From Eggerthellaceae bacterium (GTDB lineage: Bacteria > Actinomycetota > Coriobacteriia > Coriobacteriales > Eggerthellaceae): a stretch of 64,000 nucleotides of DNA. The position numbers and the translations under genes were made by a program. The first letter of the stretch is position 1, and the number at the start of each line of letters is the position of its first letter. Shown here in pieces: positions 49,542 through 57,015 of this stretch. The stretch is taken from the NCBI GenBank assembly GCA_017459805.1, contig JAFUCE010000049.1, positions 2,464 through 66,463 on the forward strand, written 5' to 3'. Below the pieces are notes generated by a model. That model was not told the DNA's origin. It worked only from the letters and a program-made list of their open reading frames with translations, and did no database searches.

Positions 49542-51695
49542 TTATTCCTTGGCACCCGACTGGATAAGATCCCACATCGGCGAATCCTTTTTGGCGGCTT
49601 CCAGCTCGGCGTCGGTAAGGGTATAGTCCCACCAACCGCGCGCCGAAGCCTGGCTGCCGTCAAGGCGATAGCTCACGCCCAGGTTCACCTTGCCGTTCCC
49701 GTCGATGAAGAAAGTACTCGTAACATCTTTGGCGTTCGAGCCCTTGCCCTGGATGGCACCAATCAAACTGTCGCGTCCCGCAACGCTTTCTGCGGCGCCG
49801 CCGTCATACTTGCTAAGGTTGTCAATGAAGTGCCCGGCGATTTCGTCGTTAATTTTAAGCACATCGTTAAGCTCGTATACGTCGCCCGTTTTGAGGTTCA
49901 CGTTAAGGGTGTAAAGCGCAATAAAGCCGCCCGTCCACGACCCAATGGAATGCTCATCGGAAAACGCAATGCTCACAAAGTCATTGTTGTTAAAGGTAAT
50001 GGCGTAATCGACGTCGGTTTCAAGAATGGCGTCGGCATCCTTTGGCACACCAAAGCCGCCCGATGCATAGGTTTCAAGCAGGCTGCGCGCTTCAGACGTG
50101 GGATTGGTGTAGGTCGTGTCCACAAAGCGCATGGCCGTTTCTTCGATGGCCTTATTGATTTTGTCGAGATCTTTAATATCGCCCTTGAGCTGGGGATATT
50201 CAACTTCAAAGTCGTAGGCGATGGTCTTGTTATAAAAGTCCATCTTTTCGGTGCCTTCGCGGCTATAATCCGCTTCACTGACAGTGTAGGCAACCGACTT
50301 GTCCCACGCGCTGTGGAGTTCGCCGTCGTCGGCATCTATGCCGCCGCCCGTAACGTGTTGGGCACCGTGGTATTCATCCCAGGCGGGGTCGTCCCAATCG
50401 ATTTCACCGTCGTCATCCCAATTAAAAGCGAAGGGGGCGCTGTTGGAATCGCCAGAGCCCGATTCGGGGCCGGAGCCAGAGTCTGGGCCTGAACCCGACC
50501 CACCAGAGCCACCTGGATTATGGTCGCTATAGGGGCCATCGTTGCCCTGCCCGTTTTCACCATCGTTACCCTGCCCATCTTCAAACACATTAAGCGATTC
50601 AATGAGGGGTGAGTCGTAATCCGTTGCATTGGTTGCCAAAATGCGCCCGATAACAAGGGACGCAATAATGGCAAGCACACCAACAATAAGAACGAGCACA
50701 ATGCCGACCGTAGCCTTGTTTGACTTCGTGTATTCAGGCGTTTGCGGCTGGGGCTGCACGGTGAAATCCTGCGCGGGCACATAGCCGGCAGGCTGCTGGA
50801 TTTGTGGTGTGTATGCCTGCGAATAACCTGCGGGCTGCGCCTGAACTTGGGGCTGCACCTGAGCTTGAGCTTGAACATGTGGCTGTGCTTGGGCTTGAAC
50901 CTGAGCCGCAGGAGCTTGCGCTTGCACGGGCTGTTGGACCTGGCCCTGCACCTGGCCTTGGGGCTGGACCCCTGCGCGATACGTTTGCTGATAAGGCTGC
51001 TGCGCATAAGGCTGGGTGCCAGCTGCTTGCGCGTAGGGCTGCTGCGCGTAGGGAGTCTGCATAGGCGCCACGGGCTGCGCTTGTTGCGCAAAAGCTGGCG
51101 CTGGCTGCGTAGGCTGTACCGGTTGGAAGCCCTGCCAATATCCACTTTGTGCAGGAGCCGTTGGAGCCTGCGCTGGGTAGTGCGAAGTCTGCTCGTAAAC
51201 CGCTTGCGTCATGGGCTGCGCGCCAGGTTGTGTCACGGCTTGACCCGCAGGCTGCACGCCAGACTGACCTGCAATCTGACTGGGAGCTTGCCCTGCTGCC
51301 TGCGCCACTGGCTGACCCATCGGCTGCTCAGCTGTCTGCCCCACTGGCTGCACTGCAGCTTGCGCCACGGGCTGGGCCACAGACTGTGCCGCAGGCTGCC
51401 CCGCAGCGTCAACAGGTTCTCCGTCAAGCCAGGCACCCATCAGTTCCTTCAGTTGCTCCTGCGCAACGGCCACCTTACTAACCGAAGCACGTGCGTTCTC
51501 CAAGTCGCTTTTTGCTTTCAGTGATTCGGCTGCAACCTGAGGAAACTCGCTTTCGGCCACATCAGCCACAGCACCGTCGACCACCTCGGTCGCCTCGACA
51601 CTCGCGTCCTCAACAATTTTGGCTTCAGGCGCATCCGTGTTTCCAGCCGCCTCTTCTGACAGTTCTTCTTGCTTCTTCTCTTTGTCTTCAGCCAT
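49542..51695 (-). CDS. membrane protein with long Q/P/A/V-rich cytoplasmic region and extracellular DUF4163/DUF3298-like (RsiV/PdaC-like) domain
   Basis: The low-complexity N-terminal half reads AQPVAQAAVQPVGQ..., QVQGQVQQPVQAQAPAAQVQAQAQ... One TM helix (VGIVLVLIVGVLAIIASLVIG) and a Gly/Ser/Asp/Asn linker follow. The C-terminus FEVEYPQLKGDIKDLDKINKAIEE... and ...YTLNVNLKTGDVYELNDVL matches the DUF4163+DUF3298 pattern. Confidence 0.65.
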   Translation of the reverse strand: MAEDKEKKQEELSEEAAGNTDAPEAKIVEDASVEATEVVDGAVADVAESEFPQVAAESLKAKSDLENARASVSKVAVAQEQLKELMGAWLDGEPVDAAGQPAAQSVAQPVAQAAVQPVGQTAEQPMGQPVAQAAGQAPSQIAGQSGVQPAGQAVTQPGAQPMTQAVYEQTSHYPAQAPTAPAQSGYWQGFQPVQPTQPAPAFAQQAQPVAPMQTPYAQQPYAQAAGTQPYAQQPYQQTYRAGVQPQGQVQGQVQQPVQAQAPAAQVQAQAQPHVQAQAQVQPQVQAQPAGYSQAYTPQIQQPAGYVPAQDFTVQPQPQTPEYTKSNKATVGIVLVLIVGVLAIIASLVIGRILATNATDYDSPLIESLNVFEDGQGNDGENGQGNDGPYSDHNPGGSGGSGSGPDSGSGPESGSGDSNSAPFAFNWDDDGEIDWDDPAWDEYHGAQHVTGGGIDADDGELHSAWDKSVAYTVSEADYSREGTEKMDFYNKTIAYDFEVEYPQLKGDIKDLDKINKAIEETAMRFVDTTYTNPTSEARSLLETYASGGFGVPKDADAILETDVDYAITFNNNDFVSIAFSDEHSIGSWTGGFIALYTLNVNLKTGDVYELNDVLKINDEIAGHFIDNLSKYDGGAAESVAGRDSLIGAIQGKGSNAKDVTSTFFIDGNGKVNLGVSYRLDGSQASARGWWDYTLTDAELEAAKKDSPMWDLIQSGAKE

Positions 51696-51830
51696 GGTCC
51701 CAGGCCTTTCTCGCTCTAAAAATAGACCCCGTTATTCTAGCATTCAGTAACAAACACCTTTTGGCTGCTACACATCTGTTGCCATTTGGAAATGTAGGCG
51801 GTGCCCACCCATTCCAGCTTCAACCCACAT

Positions 51831-52068
51831 CCAAGCGCGACGCCCAACCACCAGCGCACCCACCACACCCAAGCGCCACACCCAACCACCAGCGCACCCA
51901 CCACACCCAAGCGCCCCTGCCTCCGGCCGCCCGCACCACCCAAGCGCCACGCCCAACCACCAACGCACCCACCAGACCCAAGCGCCACACCCAACCACCA
52001 GCGCACCCGCCACACCCAAGCACCCCTGCCTCCGCCCGCATGCGCTTGCCTCCGCCCACCCGCACCAC
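51831..52068. repeat. noncoding C-rich (T-free) 38-bp tandem repeat with a ~109-bp higher-order unit
   Basis: Unit A is ccaagcgc(c/g)ac(a/g)cccaaccacca(g/a)cgcaccc(a/g)cca(c/g)ac, at 51831-51868, 51869-51906, 51940-51977 and 51978-52015. Each A-A pair is followed by a related B unit (ccaagc(g)cccctgcctccg(g)cc(gc)... at 51907-51939 and 52016-52068). It lies in the 519-bp divergent intergenic region. Confidence 0.9.
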
Positions 52069-52214
52069 CGCTTCGCTCCTCTTAGGTTTTTGATGGCGTT
52101 TTTCACCGACTCACTACACCTTTCGCAAGCGTTTCGTGTATAGTGAATTCATCAGTAAAGTCCGAAGGTCGGCGCGCTGCAAGGGGGCGCGCAGCGAGAG
52201 TAGGAGAACCCCAC

Positions 52215-53390
52215 ATGAATGAATTGGAACTGAAGTACGGTTGTAACCCCAACCAGAAACCATCGCGCATTTACATGGAAAATGGCGCGGATTTGCCCAT
52301 CGAAGTTTTGAACGGTAAGCCAGGCTATATTAACTTCATGGACGCCTTTAATTCTTGGCAGCTGGTGCGCGAGGCAGCGGCCGCCACAGGGCAACCAGCA
52401 GCGGCGTCGTTTAAGCACGTTTCGCCTGCAGGTGCCGCCATCGGCCTGCCCCTTTCCGACATCGAAAAGCATATTTACTTCGTGGAAGGCATGGAGCTTT
52501 CGCCTATCGCTAACGCCTACGCCCGCGCCCGCGGGGCCGACCGCCTGTGCAGCTATGGCGACTGGATTGCCCTTTCGCACGAATGCGACGAAGCAACCGC
52601 GCGCATTATCGCGCTGGAAGTTTCCGACGGCGTAATCGCGCCCAGCTACAGCGACGCAGCGCTCGAAATCCTAAAGAGCAAGCGCAAGGGTGGCTACAAC
52701 GTCATTAAGATGGACACCGAATACGTGCCCGCGCCTGTCGAAACGCGCCTCATCTACGGCATTGGTTTTGAACAGGGCCGCAACGAACTGCCCATCGACG
52801 CCAGCTGCCTGGAAAACATCGTCACGGACAACAAGGACCTTCCCGACGCCGCCAAGGACGACTTGGTGCTCGCGCTGATTACCTTGAAGTACACGCAGTC
52901 GAATTCGGTGTGCTACGTAAAGAACGGCCAGGCCATCGGCATTGGCGCTGGTCAGCAAAGCCGCATCCACTGCACGCGTCTGGCAGGCAACAAAGCCGAC
53001 AACTGGCTGCTGCGCCAGCACCCGAAGGTACTGGAACTTCCCTTCGTTGAAGGCATTGCACGCCCCATCCGCGACAACGCGATTGACGTCTACATTTCCG
53101 AAGAACATGACGACGTGCTGCGCGATGGCGCCTGGCAGGAAATCTTTACCGTTCAGCCCGATGTGCTCACGCGCGAAGAAAAGGCCGAATGGTGCGCTTC
53201 GCAAAGTGGCGTAAGCATTGGTTCGGACGCCTTCTTCCCCTTCGGCGACAACATCGAACGCGCCCGCAAGAGTGGTGTGCAGTACGTGGCTGAACCGGGT
53301 GGATCAATTCGCGACGACAACGTGATTGAAACGGCCAACAAGTACAACATGGTCATGGCCTTTACAGGAAGCCGCCTGTTCCATCACTAG
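52215..53390 (+). CDS. AICAR transformylase-domain protein (PurH-like, lacking the IMP cyclohydrolase/MGS domain)
   Basis: Track ORF 52143-53390. Start moved to ATG 52215, preceded by AGGAGA. It begins at the LKYGCNPNQ motif, which corresponds to LRYGENPHQ at the start of the AICARFT domain of bifunctional PurH. 391 aa. Confidence 0.85.
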   Translation: MNELELKYGCNPNQKPSRIYMENGADLPIEVLNGKPGYINFMDAFNSWQLVREAAAATGQPAAASFKHVSPAGAAIGLPLSDIEKHIYFVEGMELSPIANAYARARGADRLCSYGDWIALSHECDEATARIIALEVSDGVIAPSYSDAALEILKSKRKGGYNVIKMDTEYVPAPVETRLIYGIGFEQGRNELPIDASCLENIVTDNKDLPDAAKDDLVLALITLKYTQSNSVCYVKNGQAIGIGAGQQSRIHCTRLAGNKADNWLLRQHPKVLELPFVEGIARPIRDNAIDVYISEEHDDVLRDGAWQEIFTVQPDVLTREEKAEWCASQSGVSIGSDAFFPFGDNIERARKSGVQYVAEPGGSIRDDNVIETANKYNMVMAFTGSRLFHH

Positions 53391-53412
53391 GATGATGTAA
53401 AAACCGGTTTAC

Positions 53413-53447
53413 ACTAGTAGGCTCCGCGTGGGCCTACTAGTTTTTTC
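53413..53447 (+). terminator. rho-independent terminator after the PurH-like gene
   Basis: ACTAGTAGGC-N9-GCCTACTAGT is followed by TTTTTTC. Confidence 0.85.
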
Positions 53448-53525
53448 TACCCCTATAGTCCAGACGCGTTTCAGAAATAAGCTTTCCTCAACAGGTCCCG
53501 CAGGGCCCTACGCGTTCAGCTGCCC

Positions 53526-53978
53526 CTATTTATGGTAGGGTTCCTTGCGCTGGATTTTGAAGGCGCGGTAAAGCTGTTCGAGAAGCACCACGCGTGCCAA
53601 ATTATGCGGCAAAGTAATGGGTCCAAAGCTCAGTCGTTCGTTGGCTCGCTGCTTTATTTCGTAAGTGACGCCTTCGCTTCCCCCGATAACAAAAACCAGG
53701 TGAGAAACACCACCCACGGTCCAGTTTTCCAATTTTTCAGCAAGTTGTTCGCTTGACGTTTCCTTGCCCTGAATGTCGAGGAGCACAACTTGGGTACTGG
53801 GTGACAAAGCGTCCAAGTGGGCGAAGAGCGCCGGAGCTTCATTGCAGGGGCAACTGTCGGGAATCTCTTGCACGTTTACCTTCGCGTAGGCGCTCAGGCG
53901 TTTTAGGTATTCCGCGCAGGCATCGCGCCAGAAGGCTTCCTTCAGCTTGCCTACCGCCAGTATGTCGACTTTCAGCAC
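53526..53978 (-). CDS. rlmH: 23S rRNA (pseudouridine1915-N3)-methyltransferase
   Basis: GTG start preceded by AAGGAG. 150 aa SPOUT pattern ...VFVIGGSEGV...ERLSFGPITLPHNLARVVLLEQLYRAFKIQRKEPYHK. Confidence 0.9.
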   Translation of the reverse strand: MLKVDILAVGKLKEAFWRDACAEYLKRLSAYAKVNVQEIPDSCPCNEAPALFAHLDALSPSTQVVLLDIQGKETSSEQLAEKLENWTVGGVSHLVFVIGGSEGVTYEIKQRANERLSFGPITLPHNLARVVLLEQLYRAFKIQRKEPYHK

Positions 53979-54053
53979 CCTGCTTCTCCTTCATGCGGGC
54001 CGTACATATTGCAATACTCGCAAGCCCCCAGGTAGCGGGTCGAAACCAAGCGT

Positions 54054-55340
54054 CTACTTGATTACGCGAATAAGGGTGGGGTCTGGATCCACGAGCACGT
54101 GGTCAAGCTTAGCGATGTCGTCAAGCGTGGCACGCAGCGCACCTTCGCGAGCTGAGTGCGTAACATAGACAAGCTCGGCCGTGTCTGCTTCGTTTTGTCC
54201 GCGCTGGATAACCGAATGAACGCTCACACCATGTTCGGCGAAAACCGCGCTCATGGCTGCCAAAATGCCGGGGCGCTCTTCCACCTTGAAGCGGATGTAG
54301 GCGCGCGTGACAAGATCGTCAGTGGACACGAAGGGAAGTGTGTCGGCGTAGGTGTTTTCCTGCACAGGAGCCGTGCCCGCCTGCACGTGCCGCGCAATTT
54401 CGAGGACGTCACCCATGACCGCACTCGCGGTAGCATGCGAACCAGCGCCCTGGCCAAAGAACATGGTCTGGCCCACGAAGTCGCCTTCCACATAGATGGC
54501 GTTGTAAACACCATTAACCATTGCCAGCGGATGATCCAGCGGCACCATGGCGGGATGCACGCGCACGTCAATGCCTTCTTCGGTGCGGCTCGCGCTGGCC
54601 AGCAACTTCACGCAATAACCCATGTCAGCCGCGGCGGCCAGGTCGGCCGTGGTAATGCTGCGGATACCTTCGGCGTGAACCTGGTCTTGCGTCACGCGCG
54701 TGTTAAAGGCGATGGAGGCCAGAATCGCAATCTTGGCAGCGGCGTCAAGGCCGTCCACGTCGGCTGTAGGATCGGCTTCGGCGTAACCCTTTTCCTGCGC
54801 GTCAGCCAACACGTCTTCGTAGCTCATGCCTTCAGCGGCCATGCGCGTAAGCATGTAGTTAGTCGTTCCGTTGACGATGCCTAAGATGCTCGTGATTTCG
54901 TTGGCAGTAAGGGAATGCTTCAGCGGGCCAATGATAGGAATGCCGCCGCCAACGGACGCCTCGAGTGCAAGCCAGCATCCATGCTCGGCCGCCAACGCTT
55001 CGATTTCTTCACCGAAGGCAGCCAGCAGGGCCTTGTTGGCGGTAACCACGTGCTTGCCGTTTTCGAGAGCTTCGCACACCACTTCTTTGGCAGTGGTGGT
55101 GCCACCAATGAGTTCGATGACGACATCAATTTCAGGGTCGGTAGTGATGTTGTGCCAGTCGTGCGTGTACAGTTCAGGCACGCCATGCGCTTCGGCGCCT
55201 TCCGATGTACGGGCGCATACGCGCACCAGTTCCACGTCGATGCCATAGCGCGTTTTGAAATCGGCAGTATGCGCGTTGAACACGTCAATGCAGCCGCCGC
55301 CCACGGTACCCGTTCCAACTAAACCAACTTTTACTGTCAT
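54054..55340 (-). CDS. hom: homoserine dehydrogenase (with C-terminal ACT domain)
   Basis: Start taken at ATG 55338-55340, preceded by GGGAG. MTVKVGLVGTGTVGGG..., ...NGTTNYMLT..., ACT-like C-terminus. Confidence 0.92.
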   Translation of the reverse strand: MTVKVGLVGTGTVGGGCIDVFNAHTADFKTRYGIDVELVRVCARTSEGAEAHGVPELYTHDWHNITTDPEIDVVIELIGGTTTAKEVVCEALENGKHVVTANKALLAAFGEEIEALAAEHGCWLALEASVGGGIPIIGPLKHSLTANEITSILGIVNGTTNYMLTRMAAEGMSYEDVLADAQEKGYAEADPTADVDGLDAAAKIAILASIAFNTRVTQDQVHAEGIRSITTADLAAAADMGYCVKLLASASRTEEGIDVRVHPAMVPLDHPLAMVNGVYNAIYVEGDFVGQTMFFGQGAGSHATASAVMGDVLEIARHVQAGTAPVQENTYADTLPFVSTDDLVTRAYIRFKVEERPGILAAMSAVFAEHGVSVHSVIQRGQNEADTAELVYVTHSAREGALRATLDDIAKLDHVLVDPDPTLIRVIK

Positions 55341-55444
55341 CACTTACTCCCATCTATAGATTCGTGCTATATATTACACAATTGCAGGCGAAATAGGGTT
55401 GAGCACCCCTCGTCCAGGTGCTGAACGTCCGTCAAGGACTTGGT

Positions 55445-55551
55445 GGCAAAGAATGACGGAGTTGTACGGATTTTTCCCGTTTTGCTCGTACAACTCTGTC
55501 ATTTCTTGCCACTTTGACTCTTTAAGTCGTACAACTCCGTCATTTTGTGCC
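55445..55551. promoter_or_regulatory. three copies of a ~25-nt element (one inverted relative to the other two) upstream of hom
   Basis: GGCAAAGAATGACGGAGTTGTACGG is at 55445-55470 on the plus strand. Its reverse complements are at 55485-55510 (one mismatch in the core) and 55526-55551 (core identical). The 17-nt core is AATGACGGAGTTGTACG. Confidence 0.7.
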
Positions 55552-55628
55552 AGCAAGTACCGTTTTTCCTTCCAAGTGAGCAGTGGAAGTGGTCGTTGGC
55601 TAGGGGTCGTCCCCTTACAAGCACGACC

Positions 55629-56984
55629 CTATACGTCGCACATCATCAGGTCTTCGTAGCTTTCACGGCGGGTAACAACGCGCGCTTGCCCATCGCGCAC
55701 GAACACGACGGCAGGACGCGGCTGGCCATTGTAGTTGCTCGACATGGAACGGCAGTAGGCACCCGTGTCGAACACGCACACGATGTCGCCCAGCTCAGGC
55801 GTCTGGATGCTGCCATCCAGCAGGACCGCGTCGCCACTTTCGCAGTGCTTACCTGCTAGCGTTACGATTTCTGTACGCGGCTCGCCCGCCTTGTTAGCGA
55901 TAACGGCTTCGTAGTTGGCGTGGTAAAGTGCCGTCCGAATGTTGTCGGACATGCCGCCATCAATGGCCACGTACTTGCGGATGCCGGGCAGCGTTTTCAG
56001 GATGCCCACCGTGTACAAAGTCACGCCCGCCGTACCCACGATGGAACGCCCCGGTTCGCACAAGAGGCGCGGTGGTGTCACACCGTGGTTTTCGCAACTG
56101 CCCAGCAAAGCGCCAATCGTAACTTCGGCCAGCTGGTCGATGGTGGACGGCATATCTTCCACGGTGTAGGCAATACCCATACCACCACCCATGTCGAATT
56201 CGGTAATTTCAAGCCCGTAACGTTCTTTAATGCGCGCTATCAATTCCACCATTACATCAATGGCTTCTGCAAAGGAATGCAGGGCGAAAATCTGCGACCC
56301 GATGTGGCAATGCAGCCCTACCAGGTTCACACCCGGGGCCGCCAGGACGTCTTCCACGCAGTTGAAGGCGAAGTCTTCGCGCATGGTGAAGCCAAACTTG
56401 CTGTCTTCGCAACCCGTCTTGATGTATTCGTGCGTGTCGGCCTCTACACCAGGGGTTATGCGCATATAAACGTCTTGCACCACGCCCAGGCGCTGGGCAA
56501 TTTCGCTGACGCGCGCTAGTTCCAGGCGGCTATCAAGCACAATGCGACCCACGCCTGCCGAAATAGCCTCTTCAAGTTCCTGCGGAGTTTTATTGTTGCC
56601 ATGAACGTAAATACGCTCGGCCGGAAAGCCTGCCGCCAAGGCAATGGCGAGCTCGCCGCCGCCCGAAACGTCCAAGCTGGCACCTTCGCTTGCTACCAGG
56701 CGCACCATTTCCTTGTTAATAAAAGCCTTGGACGCATAGATTATTTCCGAGTTGGCATAGCGCGACTCAAAGGCGCGACGATACTCCTGCAGGCGCTCGC
56801 GAATGTCGGCTTCGTCGTACACGTACAGCGCAGTGCCCTGCTCGCGCGCCAGTTCAACCATGTCCACCCCACCGATGAACAAGTGGTTTTCGCGCACTTC
56901 TGCAGTTGCGGGAAGGACGACGCCCAGGTCCATGGTACTTAAATGGTCGGCCTGTTTACTAAGGTCAGCTGCAGGAAGCGACAT
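55629..56984 (-). CDS. lysA: diaminopimelate decarboxylase
   Basis: 451 aa fold-type III PLP decarboxylase pattern (...YASKAF..., HGNNK, HCHIGSQI, EPGRSIVG, CESGD). RBS AAGGAAA. Confidence 0.93.
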   Translation of the reverse strand: MSLPAADLSKQADHLSTMDLGVVLPATAEVRENHLFIGGVDMVELAREQGTALYVYDEADIRERLQEYRRAFESRYANSEIIYASKAFINKEMVRLVASEGASLDVSGGGELAIALAAGFPAERIYVHGNNKTPQELEEAISAGVGRIVLDSRLELARVSEIAQRLGVVQDVYMRITPGVEADTHEYIKTGCEDSKFGFTMREDFAFNCVEDVLAAPGVNLVGLHCHIGSQIFALHSFAEAIDVMVELIARIKERYGLEITEFDMGGGMGIAYTVEDMPSTIDQLAEVTIGALLGSCENHGVTPPRLLCEPGRSIVGTAGVTLYTVGILKTLPGIRKYVAIDGGMSDNIRTALYHANYEAVIANKAGEPRTEIVTLAGKHCESGDAVLLDGSIQTPELGDIVCVFDTGAYCRSMSSNYNGQPRPAVVFVRDGQARVVTRRESYEDLMMCDV

Positions 56985-57015
56985 GGTATTTCCTTTCCTT
57001 TGGTAAGGAAAGATT

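Noticed and set aside
50336-51524. 269-aa (-), 134-aa (-) and 260-aa (+) ORFs inside 49542-51695
   Set aside because: These are alternative frames through the Q/P/A/V low-complexity coding region. Only the 717-aa frame continues into a TM helix and a recognisable DUF4163/DUF3298-like domain.
51831-52068. Possible CRISPR array
   Set aside because: The units abut directly with no unique spacers, the unit length is 38 bp with a higher-order A-A-B pattern, and there are no cas genes in the window.
51491-52106. Several 80-200-aa ORFs in all frames across the C-rich array (Pro/His/Thr/Ala-rich)
   Set aside because: They are open only because the repeat lacks T (plus strand) and A (minus strand). 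The 38-bp and 109-bp periodicities are not multiples of 3, so no consistent protein repeat is produced.
52069-52214. ZTP (pfl) or purine riboswitch upstream of the PurH-like gene
   Set aside because: I could not find the conserved ZTP elements (GGGUCGUGACUGGCG ... CCGCCUGGGC) or the purine-riboswitch junction. Only a short GCGCGC/GCGCGC hairpin near the RBS is present. A covariance-model scan would be decisive.
55374-55659. 60-aa (-) and 86-aa (+) ORFs in the lysA-hom intergenic region
   Set aside because: They overlap the triplicated repeat element, lack an RBS and have no recognisable features. The region is better explained as regulatory.
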